Assembly: GCF_963921235.1 (NCBI RefSeq)
Contig: NC_086108.1
Coordinates: 108,130,001-108,194,000 of the forward strand
DNA from: Mobula hypostoma
Lineage: Eukaryota
DNA: 64,000 nucleotides
Direction of reading: 5' to 3'
Shown: positions 1 through 12,529 of the stretch, piece by piece
Position numbering within the stretch: the first letter of the stretch is position 1
Layout of the letters: each line of letters begins with the position of its first letter
Notes under the pieces: model-generated
Databases searched by the model: none
Seen by the model: the letters and a program-made list of their open reading frames with translations, nothing else
What the model was told of the DNA's origin: nothing
Made by a program: the position numbers and the translations under genes

Positions 1-106
1 GTGGATAGACATGTCAGAATGGGAATGGGATGTGGAATTAAAATGTGTGGCCACTGGGAGATCCTACTTTCTCTGGCGGACAGAGCGTAGATGTTCAGCA
101 AAGCGG
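1..106 (-). mobile_element. Inverted partner of the Penelope-like element (GIY-YIG region), running off the window edge
   Basis: 1-106 is the reverse complement of about 748-853, with few mismatches, and joins directly to the + strand copy at about 107. Confidence 0.85.
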
Positions 107-1364
107 ACTCTCACAGCTATCTGGACTATTCCTCTTCTCACCCTGTCTCTTGCAAAAACGCCATCCCCTTCTCGCAATTCCTCTGTCTCCGCCGCATCTG
201 CTCTCAGGATGAGGCTTTTCATTCTAGGACGAGGGAGATGTCTTCATTTTTTAAAGAAAGGGGCTTCCCTTCCTCCACTATCAACTCTGCTCTTAAACGC
301 ATCTCCCCCATTTCACGTACATCTGCTCTCACTCCATCCTCCCACCACCCCACTAGGAATAGGGTTTCCCTGGTCCTCACCTACCACCCCACCAGCCTCC
401 GGGTCCAACATATTATTCTCCGTAACTTCCGCCACCTCCAACGGGATCCCACCACTAAGCACATCTTTCCCTCCCTCCCTCTCTCTGCATTCCGCAGGGA
501 TCGCTCCCTACACAACTCCCTTGTCCATTCGTCTCCCCACTGATCTCCCTCCTGGCACTTATCCGTGTAAGCGGAACAAGTGCTACACATGCCCTTACAC
601 TTCCTCCCTTACCACCATTCAGGGCCCCAAACAGTCCTTCCAGGTGAGGCATCACTTCACCTGTGAGTCGACTGGGGTGATATACTGCGTCCGGTGCTCC
701 CCATGTGGCCTTTTATATATTGGTGAGACCCGACGCAGACTGGGAGACCGCTTTGCTGAACATCTATGCTTTGTCCGCCAGAGAAAGCAGGATCTCCCAG
801 TGGCCACACATTTTAATTCCACATCCCATTCCCATTCTGACATGTCTATCCACGGCCTCCTCTACTGTAAAGATGAAGCCACACTCAGGTTGGACGAACA
901 ACACCTTATATTCCGTCTGGGTAGCCTCCAACCTGATGGCATGAACATCGACTTCTCTGACTTCCGCTAAGGCCCCACCTCCCCCTCGTACCCCATCTGT
1001 TACTCATTTTTATACACACATTCTTTCTCTCTCTCTCCTTTTTCTCCCTCTGTCCCTCTGAATATACCTCTTGCCCATCCTCTGGGTCCCCCCCCCCCTT
1101 GTCTTTCTTCCCGGACCTCCTGTCCCATGATCCTCTCGTATCCCTTTTGCCTATCACCTGTCCAGCTCTTGGCTCCATCCCTCCCCCTCCTGTCTTCTCC
1201 TATCATTTTGGATCTCCCTCTCCCCCTCCAGCTTTCAAATCCCCTACTCACTCTTCCTTCAGTTAGTCCTGACGAAGGGTCTCGGCCTGAAACGTCGACT
1301 GCGCCTCTTCCTATAGATGCTGCTTGGCCTGCTGCGTTCACCAGCAACTTTGATGTATGTTGCT
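107..1364 (+). mobile_element. Penelope-like element (Neptune-like) 3' part: RT C-terminus, Cys-rich linker, GIY-YIG endonuclease, pyrimidine-rich 3' UTR and hammerhead-bearing end
   Basis: DSHSYLDYSSSHPVSCKNAIPFSQFLCLRRICS (PLE RT C-terminus), frameshift near 530, then CKRNKCYTC...GVIYCVRCSPCGLLYIGETRRRLGDRFAEH...VATHF (GIY-YIG), stop at 968-970. Confidence 0.9.
1265..1300 (+). ncRNA. Minimal type-I hammerhead ribozyme in the PLE 3' end
   Basis: AGUC(stem I)-CUGACGA-AGG gucucgg CCU(stem II)-GAAA-CGUC-GACU(stem I). All core nucleotides are present, the stem III region is the palindrome ACGU, and the predicted cut is after GUC at 1296. Confidence 0.8.
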
Positions 1365-1739
1365 TTAATATCACCGGTATGTGTTGTGAAATTTTTTGTC
1401 TTTGTGGCTCAGATGCAACGCAATACATAATAATAGAGAATTACATATATGTATTATATGGTTCAATTAAAAAGGTAGTGCAAAATAGAAATAAAAAAGG
1501 GAGTGAGGTAGTGTTCGTAGGTTCAATGTCCATTCAGAAATCAGATGAGCGAAGGGACGAAACTGTTCCTGAATCGTTGAGTGTGTGTCTTCAGGCTTCT
1601 CGAGTGTGGTTGGGAATTGGAGATATATATGTGGTGGAGACGACTGCAGATTGTTAAAGATCATGGCGATTCTAACGTCAAGAGGCGTCTGCGTGAGTTT
1701 TGGGAGTATTGAGGGGTGAACATCGTTCAAGCCCGGTTC

Positions 1740-1972
1740 CACAGTGGCACAGCGATTGGCTTGGGGCATCTGAGTTTGCAGTTCAAATCCGGAGTTCTGT
1801 GTAAGAAATTTAATACGTCCTTCCCGTGTGCATATGGGTTTCCTCTCACGTCCCATAGATGTATCGGTTAGTAAGTTAATCGGTCATTGTAAATTGTCCC
1901 GTGATTAGGCTAGGATTAAATAGGTGGGCTACTGGGCAGCACACTGTATCTCTGAATAAATAAAGTAAATAA
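1740..1972 (+). mobile_element. tRNA-derived SINE (HE1/V-SINE-like)
   Basis: A/B-box-like head (cagtggcacagcg...gttcaaatcc), body gggtttcctc...taattggtcattgtaaattgtcc, (aaat)n tail. Similar copies at about 4930-5050, 5048-5310(-), 10975-11243, 11790-12060, 13720-13890(-), 14300-14410(-), 19825-20065, 20085-20385, 21000-21316(-), 29575-29750(-), 34170-34340, 44330-44750(-), 52035-52295 and 57265-57850. Confidence 0.7.
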
Positions 1973-2334
1973 ATCACCAAGAAGGAAAAGCATGTGTTTT
2001 TTAATGAGTACGGTTGTGGTTAATCTTAAAACATTGAATAGTACAGCACAGTACAGGTATTTCAGCGTAAAGACCATCTCCTTCTTTCCATTCCATAAGG
2101 AGTGCAGGGGAGTCGAGAATGAGACATCCTAGATTTAAGGTGAGAGGGGAAAGATTTAAAAGGGACCTTGGAAACAACTTTTTTCACACAAAGAGTGATG
2201 TGTATGGAACAAGCTACCGGAGGAAGTGTTAGACGTGGGCACCATTGCAATATTTAAAAGACATTTGGACAAGTAAATGGATAGGACGTGTTTAAAGGGA
2301 TAGAGTGTAGAACATAGGATATTACTCTGGGAAA

Positions 2335-2787
2335 GAAAGAATTAACTTATGAGGAGCATTTGATGGCTCTGGGTCTGTACTCACTGGAGTTTAGAAGAAG
2401 ATTGCGGGGGATTGAAACATATTGAGTATTGAAAGACCGAGATAGAGTGGATAAGGAGAGGATGTTTCCAAGAGTAGGGGAGTCCAGGACCAGAGAGCAC
2501 AACCTCTGAATATAGAGATGACCCTTTAGAATAGACATAAGAAGGAATTTCTTTAGTCAGAGAGTGGTGATCTGTGGAATTCATTGCCACAGACAGCTCT
2601 GGAGGCCAAGTCATTGGATATATTGAAAGCAGAGGGTTGATAGGTTCCTGATTAATCAGGGTGTCAATGTTTCTTGGGAGGTGGGAGAATGGGGTTGAGA
2701 GGGTTATTAAATCAGTCATGATGGAATGGTGGAGCAGACTTGATTGACTGAACGGCCTATTTGTGCCTTTAGATGCTAATGTCTTAT
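2335..2787 (+). mobile_element. CR1 LINE 3' fragment
   Basis: gagagtggtgatctgtggaattcattgccacag...gatcagccatgatggaatgg...cctaattctgctcctatgtcttatg-type 3' end. The same family recurs at about 9120-9495, 17830-18100, 19150-19480, 20390-20715, 21600-22045, 29005-29410(-), 30700-31255, 36250-36470(-), 45270-45795(-), 48120-48585, 53320-53585 and 55430-55660(-). Confidence 0.75.
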
Positions 2788-3279
2788 GATGATAATGTCA
2801 AAAAGCATCTGCAATTGGTTTGGGCACAATTCTGCACAGTGGTGGGAGTGAAACTGGGTGTGAGGTGGTCAGGTCATCAAGAAAGAAGAGCTCCTTTTGG
2901 AATGAGTACATTAGTGGTTAAATTAATGTATCTTCAGTTGAAAGTTCTAGTCCAGTGATACAGAGACTGGAGTGAAGTAAGTTCAATTAATTCAAAACAG
3001 TCTGGAAATTAAAAGCTGTTGACTCTTAAGTGGTTCTGCACAGAGTGCAGGACAAAATAAGATGGACAGTGATCTGTTCCCACAACCTATAGACTCACTT
3101 TCAATGACGTTTCATCTCATGTTCTTAGTGTTTATCGCTTATTTATTATTATTCTTATTCTTTTTGTATTTGCGCAGTTTGTTGTCTTTTGCACACTGGT
3201 TGTTCAACTATCTTGTTGAGTATGGTTTTCCATTAATTCTTTTGTGTTTCTTTGAGTTTGTTTATTTATTTATTGAGGA

Positions 3280-3790
3280 CTTTTACCGCTGTACCATCTC
3301 CAGTCCTGTGCATTAGCGTCTCCACACCATCTCAGTGTGGTATGGCAATTGTCCCGTATCGGACCGAAAAGCACTCCAGCAGGTGGTGAAAACTGCCCAG
3401 CGGATTATCAGCACCCAATTGCCCACCATTGAGAACATCTACTGTGATCTATCTACACTGCCTGGGCAGGGCGAAAAGCATTATCAAGGATGCATCTCAC
3501 CCTAACCCTGGACTTTTTACTCTTTTCCCATCCGGTAAGCGCTACAGGAGCCTCCGCTCCCGCACCAGCAGGCACAGGAGGAGCTTCCTCCCTGAGACTG
3601 TGACACTGCTGAACCTCACATCACAGCGCTAAGCAGTATTGCACCCATATTGGACTGTCTCAGTACTTTTATATTTGTGTGCTGTAACGCTTACTTTTTA
3701 TTCGCAGTTATTTTGTAAATAACACTATTCTTTTGCACTTCTGGTCAGATGCTAATTGCATTTCATTGGCTTTGTATCTGTACAATGTAA
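3280..3790 (+). mobile_element. Rex1/Babar-type LINE 3' fragment (DUF1891-like C-terminus and 3' UTR)
   Basis: FYRCTI...ISVWYGNCPVSDRKALQQVVKTAQRII...RAKSIIKDASHPNPGLFTLFPSGKRYRSLRSRTSR. Related fragments at about 4080-4570(-), 4590-4920, 14820-15630(-), 15930-16290(-), 17200-17820, 18830-19120, 29850-30330 and 33460-33815. Confidence 0.75.
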
Positions 3791-6700
3791 CAAACCAAGC
3801 CAATCTTTAAGACAAACATCTATCTTTAACAATATTCTGTGGGCTAAAATCCGAGCCTGCTAAAGCAGTGAGTGTTCTAGTGGGCTGCAATCTTTGCTTA
3901 ATCATTTCCTTACACTGTGGTTACAGGTGCCAATTATGTCATACACCTAACTCAAAGTGAATCCTTAATTAGCTGCATATTATAGGGATTATATGCAAAA
4001 GAATTGAAAACAAGTTATTAAGGCCAAAGAATTCCATTCTCCATCTCTGAAATCTCCATTTCCATCACAGTCAGAAGTATCAGAATCAGGTTTAATATTG
4101 CTGATGTATGTTGTGAAATTTGTTGTTTTTGCAGCAATAGTGCATTGCAATACAGAATATTAAAAAACTAGTGAGGTAGTGTTCATGGGTTCAATGTCCT
4201 TTCAGAAATTGAATGACGGATGGGACAAAGCTGTTCCTGAATCATTGAATGTGTTCCTTCAGTCTCCTGTACTTCCTTTCTGATGGTAGCAATGGGAACA
4301 AGGCATGACCTGGTGATGCCTTTTTGAGGCGTCGCTCCTTGAAGATGTCCTGGATGCCGGGGAGGTTCGTGCCCATGATGGAGCTGACTGAGCCTACAAC
4401 TCTCTGCAGTTTCATTTCGATCGTGTACTGTGCGGCGTACCCACCCCATACCAAACGGTGATGCAGCCAGTTACAATGCTCTCCACTGCACATCTGTAGA
4501 AATTTGCGAGTGTCTTTGGTGACATTCCCAATCTCCTCAAACCTCTAATGAAATATAGCCACTGTCATGCCTTTTTTCGTAACTGCATTGTTCCATCGAC
4601 TGCATTGTTTGGTGTGGAGATGCTCCTGCACAGGATTGGAAAAAGCTGCAGAAGGTTGTAAACTCAGCCATCTCCATAATGGGCACCAGCCTCCCCAGCA
4701 TCGAGGACATCTTCCACAGGCAATATCTCAAAGAAGGCAGCATCCTTAATGAAGGACTCTCACAACACAGGACATACCCTTTTCTCATTGCCACCATCAG
4801 GGAGGAGGTACAGGAGCCTGAGGCCACAAACTTGACATTTTAATAACAGTTTCTTCTCCTCGTTCATGACCCATGAACCTGTTTTTCTCCCTTTTTCCAA
4901 TACTTACTCATTTTTAACATTTCCTATTTGGTGCGGCACAGTGGTGTAATTATTATAGCACTAGTGACCCGTGTTCACTGCCTGCCATTGTCGATGAGGA
5001 GTTTGTACGTTCTCCCCATGACCATGTGGGTTCCCCCGGGTGTCCTGTTATTTATTTATTGAGATACAGAATGGAGTAGGCCCTTTGAGCCACAATGCCC
5101 AGCAACCCCCCAATTTAACCCCAACCTAATCACGGGATAATCTACAATGACCGATCAGCCTGACAACCAGTACATCTTTGGACTGTCGGAGGAAACCAGA
5201 GCACCCGGAAGAAACCCACGCAGTCACGGGGTGAGCGTCGACCTCCTTACCGACAGTGACGGGAGCTGTAGCATGGTCGCTGGTACTGTAAAGCGATGTG
5301 CCACCGCACCTCGTTCCAATGATATATGGATTAGTCCTTTAATTGGTCACATGGGTGTAATTAGGTGGCGCCGTCTCATTGGGTCAGAAGGGCCGGTTAT
5401 CATGTTGTATAACTAAATAAAAGTATAAATATTGTTACTTTTAATAACTTTGTGTATTGCACTGTACTGCTGCCGCAAAGCAACAAACTTCACGACATAC
5501 GTTAGTGATAATAAACTGGATTCTGATTCTGAAGCTGGTTTTCGCCTCTTTCCCCTCGATGAAACATCTCCTTTCTGTGAGGATCTCTGCTGCCAATTAG
5601 CAGAAGACGACGTTGTTCCTCCATTTGTTTGGGTCTTTAATTAGTCCCATGGTTCCAGGAGCGAGCTGTCCCTTCTCATCTCCAGTCTACCTGAATCGCA
5701 TCGGCACAGCAGCAGATGGTCACTTCACAAATACTTTGTCACAGAGGGGGACCTGAACAGTAATGAGAGAAGACTTTCCATTTGTCGGTCTAAGTGAACA
5801 GGTCGTTTTTCCTGTACCTTGTGTTCTTAGAGCCCATGCAGTGTCATTCTGGGAGGGGAAAGACTGGTTTCGACATCGTCATAGAGCACTACAGCACAGA
5901 AATAAGCCCCTTGGCCCATATTAAATCTACTTCCCATTCCCTGTCCATGGCCTCCTCTCCTGTCACACTCTCAGCTTGGTGAAGCAAGTTTTTTTCAGAT
6001 TCAGATTAATTTATTTATCACGTGTATATCGAAACATACAGTGAAATGTGTTGTTTGGGTTAACAACCAACACACCCAAGGTTATGCAAGTGTCGCCACA
6101 CATTCTGGCGCCAATATAGCATGTCCATAATGCTCTGCGGAACAACACAGAACACATCAATCAAGATAAGCCTTCCCAGACACCAATATAGTCCTCTAAC
6201 CCCAAAAGATTCTGTATTCTTCGGCCTCTAGCAGACCCGGACTCAGATGTGGACGCACAATTGTTGGACCTTCGACTAACCCAGCAAACTCACAGAGATT
6301 CACAGACCTGGGACTCTTTGGCCAATAGGCCTCGATTTGCGGTCTTCCATTTTGACCCTCAGGCCTCAATCCTCAGCATCAGCCACAGGAGCTGCCTCAA
6401 ATTCCGGACTCACTGATGATGGAGCCCCAAACACTAGGTCCAAAATAACCTGCCTAAACAATAAAACAATCACTTAAAAAAAAAACACAACTAAAAGTGA
6501 GCCACAACCTCAATGTGGAGGTCACAGCTTGGCGCCATCTTGAATGTTGAGATTGATTGAGTTTTCTGCTGGAGAGGATGAAACAAGAGAAATAAACCCA
6601 CCAGAAACTCACAGCACCAAGGATGTACTCTCAGTCACAACTTTATTAGCTACCTCCTAGACTGAATCAAGTGGCCACTGAGTCTTCTGCTGCTGTAGTC

Positions 6701-7291
6701 CATCCACTTCAAGGTTCGATGTGTTGTGCATTCAGGGATACTCTTCTGCACACAACTGTTGTAACGTGTAGTTATTTGAGTTACTGTTACCTTCCTGTCT
6801 GGTCATTCTCTCACCTCTATCATTAACAAGGCATTTTCGCCCACAGAACTGCCACTCACTGGATTTTTTTTTGTTTCTCGCACCATTCTCTGTAAACTCT
6901 AGAGACTGTTGTGCATGAGAATCCCAGGAGATCAGCAGTTTCTGAGATACTCAAATGGCCCTACCTGGAAACAACAGTCATTTTAACCCACACAATACCC
7001 GCAAAGTGCTGGAGGAACTCAGCAGGTCAGGCAGCATCTATGGAGCGGAATAAACAGTTCAACGTTAAGGACTGAGACACTTCATCAGGACTGGATAGGA
7101 AGTGGCAAGAAGCCTGAATAAGAAGGTGGGAGAGGTGAAGGAGTACAAGATGGCAGGTGTTAGGTGAGGCCAGGTAAGAGGGATAGTAGGAGGGCGAGGG
7201 AATGGGGATGAAGTGAGAAGTGGGAGGTCCCTTGTATCTGTTTTGGGAAGTCGAAGGTTGACATATTTAGGTCAAGACTCTTCATCTTGTT

Positions 7292-7342
7292 CAGGGGTTC
7301 CCAACCTTTTTTATGCCACGGACCCCAGACTGGGAACCCCTG
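7292..7342. mobile_element. Tiny hAT (Charlie-like) MITE, 51 bp
   Basis: TIRs caggggttccca / tgggaacccctg; flanks atcttgtt / atctagat resemble an 8-bp NTCTAGAN-type TSD. Confidence 0.7.
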
Positions 7343-8386
7343 ATCTAGATGGATTTCAAAACCCCTTGCATCTCCAGAGGCTGGACAACTACTTGAAAGA
7401 GAATCATAGGCAGGAGTACAAGATTAAAGTGTGGGGTGATGGAATTGATGGTGGTGCCGGTGGGGCGGGGGGGGTTGTTGTGTGCAATAGGGGAGTTGCG
7501 CCTCAGGCAGCTAGCATAGGTAGGATGGGCTGAATGCCACAACATCTTCAGTGTAAATCTTGCCAGTAACTCCCACATGCAGCAACTGAACTGAATCAGA
7601 AAGCGCGAAGCCACCTCTGAATTCCAGTGACAATGTGAGCTATTTCTTAACGACAGCTTCAGATGCAGGATTGAGTGAAGTTGGAGGTGGGTGGAGGAAG
7701 CTGAAAGGAAGGTACTCGGCCTTGGGGATCCCTTAACAGATAAGAGTCAGCAAATAACATTACTTTGGCAAGATAAAGAGAGGTTGCTTGATGTAGGTTT
7801 TAAAAACAATCAAATAGTCTTGCCGATAAGGTTCGGAAAATGAGCACTTTAACTCAACCATGAGTAAAGGATTTAAACCACGGAATCATATATTTCAATG
7901 GATAGCAGTGCAATGGTGATGAGACGAAGGGATTAAATTCCACTGGGAGCAGCCTGTGAGTTTGAGAAAAATACGGTACTTTGTGACTCTGCATATTGTG
8001 GACAAACAAAAAAGCAGAAAGGAAAGCTGGAGATTAGGAGAATGTTTTCCCGAGAGGCTGCTGCTAGCTGAGTGATACAGATGGGGGAAGGTCCTATTGA
8101 AAGTACAACTGGGAGTGCAATGGAAAGCGGTGACAAAGGCTGGGAACGGCCGGGTCAAAAGTCAAGAGAGTGAAGGAGCGTGAGTGAGTGTGAGCAGGTT
8201 TCGGGGAGTGTGTGAACAAGTGTGTAGAGGGAGTTTAGATAGGTTTCAGCGAGTGAGAGTGTGGGCAAATGTGAGGAGGGTAAGGCAGGTTTCAGAGTGT
8301 GTGTGTGTGAACCAGAGAGTTTCAGTCCATCACAGGTAGAGCCCTCACAGCCTACACATTGTAGGAGAGCAGCCTCCATCATCAGA

Positions 8387-8592
8387 ACGCAAACAACAGG
8401 AATTCTGCAGATGCTGGAAATTCAAGCAACACACATCAAAGTTGTTGGTGAACGCAGCAGGCCAGGCAGCATCTCTAGGAAGAGGTACAGTCGACATTTC
8501 AGGCCGAGATCCTTCCGAAACATCGACTGTACCTCTTCCTAGAGATGCTGCCTGGCCTGCTGCGTTCACCAGCAACTTTGATGTGTGTTGCT
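8387..8592. mobile_element. Fold-back (head-to-head) short PLE-end insertion with TSD
   Basis: Arms 8425-8500 and 8517-8592 are inverted (73/76 match). Direct repeat ctccatcatcaga at 8374-8386 and 8591-8603. Inserted into a Rex/Babar fragment. Confidence 0.85.
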
Positions 8593-11500
8593 CCATCATC
8601 AGAGATCCCCACCACCAGGTTCAAGCACAGTTACTACCCCATAAACCATCAGGGTCTTGAACAAAGAGGATAGCTACACTCAATTGCCCATCCATTGAGG
8701 TGTTTCCACAACCAATGATCTCACTTTAAGGACTTTTTAGCTTGTTATTTCATGTCCTCGTAATTTACTGCTAGCATTTGCTTAATTTGTCGTCTTCTGC
8801 ACTCTGGTTGATCTTTCATTGATCCTGTTATATTTACTGTTCTATAGATTTGCTGATTATGCCCGCGGGAAAATGAATCTGAGGGTTGTATATGGTGACA
8901 TATATGTACTTGGAGAATAATATTTTTGTTGAACTTTGAACTTTGAACAGTGAGAGAGTGTTCAAATGTGTGTCTAAGAGTGCAAAATGCAGTGGGCTTA
9001 AATGAGTGTCAGAAATACTGGGCAATAATGTGAATGAAGGGGCAAGTGTGAGTGGAAATGTGAGTGAATGTGGAAGAGTCAGAGAGTGACACACAAAGTA
9101 CTGGAGGAATTCCCTGGAGCTAAGGAGAATGGGGGGATCTCATTGAAACTTGTTGAATATTGAAAGGCCTCGAAAGAGTAGATGTGAAGAGGATGTTTCC
9201 TATACTGGCGGAGTGTAGGACCAGAGGGCACAGTCTCAGAATAGAGGGATGTCCATTTAGAACAGAGATGAGGTGGAATTTCTTCAGCACAAAGGTGGTG
9301 AATCTGTGGAATTCATCAGTGAAGGCCAAGTCATTGGGTATATTTTATGCAGAGTTGATTAAGGACGTCAAAGGCTATGGGGAGAAGGCAGGAGGATGGG
9401 GTTGAGAAAGATAATAAATCAACCATGATGGAATGACAGAGCAAACTTAATGGGCCAAATGGCCTAATTCTGCCTCTATGTCTTTTGGTCTTATGAAACT
9501 CCCCAATTCCGGCAACATCAATGGAGGGAAATGAACAGTCAAAGTTTTGGACTGAGACCGTTCTCTTTGACTTTCTTCAGCTCTTCACCTTTTCCACCTA
9601 TCACCACCCAACTTCTCACTTCATCACCTCTTCCCCCATCCACATACCTTCCCCCTCAACTGGTCTCACCTGTTACCTGCCAACTCGTACTCCTTTCCCT
9701 CTCCCCACCTTCTTTTTCCAGCTTCTTCCCCTTCCTCTCCAGCACCTTCCTCCAGCACTTCAAAGTACATTTATTGTCAAAGTACAGAAGAGTCACCATA
9801 TGCAGCTTTGAGATTCCATTTTCTTGTGGGCATACTCAGTAAATCCAAGAGCCACAATAGAATCAATGAAAGACCACACCCAATTGGATAGACAAACAAC
9901 CAATGTGGGAAAGATAACAAACTGTGGAAATACAGAAAGAAAACAATAATAATAATAATGATAATAATAATAAATAAGCAAGAAATATCAAGAACATGAG
10001 ATAAAAAGTCCTTGGAAGTGAGCCCAAAGGTTATGGGAACAGTTCAGTGTTGGGAGGAGTGAGGTTAAATGAAGTTATCCCCACTGGTTCAAGAATCTGA
10101 TGGTTGAAGGGTAATAACTGTTTCTGAACCTGGTGATGTGGATCGTGTGGCTCCTGCACCTCCTTCCTGATGGCATTGGCGAGAAGAGATGGTGTGTTGC
10201 TCTGGTTTTCCAGCATCTGCAGAATCTCTTGTGTTATAGGGGAATTTAAAAAACTACCATATTTGCAAGGCACGTGGATAATGAAAAATGGAGGGCTATG
10301 TGGAGGGAAGAGTTAGATTGATTTTAGAGTTGGTGAAAAGGTCAGCAGAACATCATGGGCTTTAGGGCCTTTCAGTGTTTGGTATGTTTTATGTTCTAAG
10401 AATTCACCAACAGAATCCAAGGCCAATCTTTCCTGATGTGGGGTGGATTTCTTTTTCCCTGTAGTGTGTTCTGTACCAGCTAGGTGATGCGGAACGCACT
10501 GGGAACACTGCTCCCCGTTTCCTGCCAATCACACACTCTCTTCTTTAGTCTCGATCTGTCGTTCCTCTGATAATGAACTGCGCGGGACCTTATCAAGTGC
10601 CTCCCGAGTAGCGATGTGGACAATAATCTCAAACACCCACCCCATTTTCTCAGTGACTTCAACAAGATTAGTCAGAGCTGAGCTATGCTTCAGAAAACGT
10701 AGCTGACTCACTTTGATCACTTGTCACTCTTGCCATTGTTGAGTTCCTTTCACTGACAGTTGCTCCCAGTTACAGCCTCACATTACTACAAAACCCTTTT
10801 AAAGTAACGGAGTGCCTTGTTCCTATGCCAAGGCAGAGTCTCTTATTCCGAAGGCCACTGGAAAATGTTGACTGATTCACAAGTCCAGACTGGTTGCATC
10901 ACTGCCTGGTAAAATGGTTTGAATGCACAGGAACGTAAGAAGCTGCAGACAGAAGTTGGTCTCCGCCCAATACACGGGTGCACGGTTGCATAGTGGTTAG
11001 AGTACCGGGGTCAATTCCCGCCACTGTCTGTAAGGAGTTTGTATGTTCTCCCTGTGACCGTATGGATTTCCTTCGGGATCTCCAGTTTCCTCCCACAGTC
11101 CAAAGACGTACCGGTTGGTGGGTTAATTAGTTGCTGTAAGTTGTCCTGTGAATAAGCTAGGGTTAAATCGAGGGATTGCTGGGCAGGGTGGCTCGAAGCG
11201 ATGGAAGGGCTTCTTCCATGCTGCGTCTCAATAAATAAATAAATCACAGACACATCCCTCCCTACCATCGGTAGTATCTGCAGGAGGTGCTGCCTCAAGA
11301 AGACAACGTTCGCTATCAAAGATCCCCACTATGTCATCTTCTCGCAGCTACAATTAGGCAGGAGGTACAGAAGCCTGAAGTCCCATCTCACTAGATTCAG
11401 GAACAGTTATTACCCTTCAGCCATCGGACTGCTGAGCCAGTGAGGATAACCTCACTCACCCTTCAACCTTTCAGCTCTTGAACCATCTGGCACAGCCCTA

Positions 11501-12529
11501 ATCAGTCCAGTTTAGCAACCCTGTGACCACTTTGGTCACCTTGCACTAAAATTGACTTTTGTTTTCCAGTTGTGTTCATCCCTGCAAAAATTGTGCACAA
11601 TTTACGATTAATTCATGTTTTTCTTGTGAACGCTGCTTATCTGATGCTCGGCTGCAGGTCAGTTTTTCATTGCACCTGTACCTGTGCAGATGGCAATAAA
11701 CTTGTCATTGACCTTGACCTTGACCTTTCCTCACTTCCTTTGGGTGACTAGTTAGTCGGATGGGCCTCTCTGGACTCCTGACAATTATGGCTGACATGGC
11801 AACGTAATCGCGTTACAGCACCAGCGATCCCCAGTCGGGGTGTAATTCCCACCACTGTCTGTGAGCAGTTGGTCTGTACTCCCTGTGACCGCGTGGGTTT
11901 CCTCCCACATTCCAAAGACATAACGTTAGTGTTAGCGAGTGGTGGGGCTGGAAGTGCGACAACCCTTGCAGGCTGCCCACACCACAAACTCGGGTTGTGT
12001 TTGTTGTTCATGCAAAATAGTGCACGGTTCGATGTACATATGAGAAATAAAGCTAATCCTTAATTGTTTTAGCAGTTGCTAGTATGCACTGGATGGGCCA
12101 GATGGCCTCATCCTGTCCCAATAACAATTCTATTTGAAAGTCAGCCACCGCAGAAAGGCAACGATGAAGGGTCTTGGCCCGATGTATCGGCTGATTATTC
12201 TTAGGAAACACAATGACCATTTCAATACAAAGTGGTGAGAGGCTTTTTAAAGGATGTAATCCTTTGCATTGTGTCTTTCCATTACTGATACAATGAATCA
12301 ATTTATATTACATTGAGGTGCTAATATATTGTTCTTTTACAAATCCATCGCAGTGGTAATTCTGCAAGAACATTTAGACTGACTCAGGTAAAAAAATCTT
12401 TTGAGGAATTTGAAAGGGAATTGCTGTTTTATGAAATTACATCAAAATACTTGTAAATAATAATTTTCTTTATTGTAACATCTGCATTTGTGACATCTAT
12501 TTCTCATTGGAAATGAATCGAGCAGTTAG

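Noticed and set aside
11..970. 319-aa ORF as a host gene
   Set aside because: Chimera of an antisense PLE fragment, off-frame RT sequence and the GIY-YIG domain; not a real protein.
2938..2976. Possible 39-nt microexon (cag...gtaagt)
   Set aside because: Splice-like signals only, with no homology or other support.
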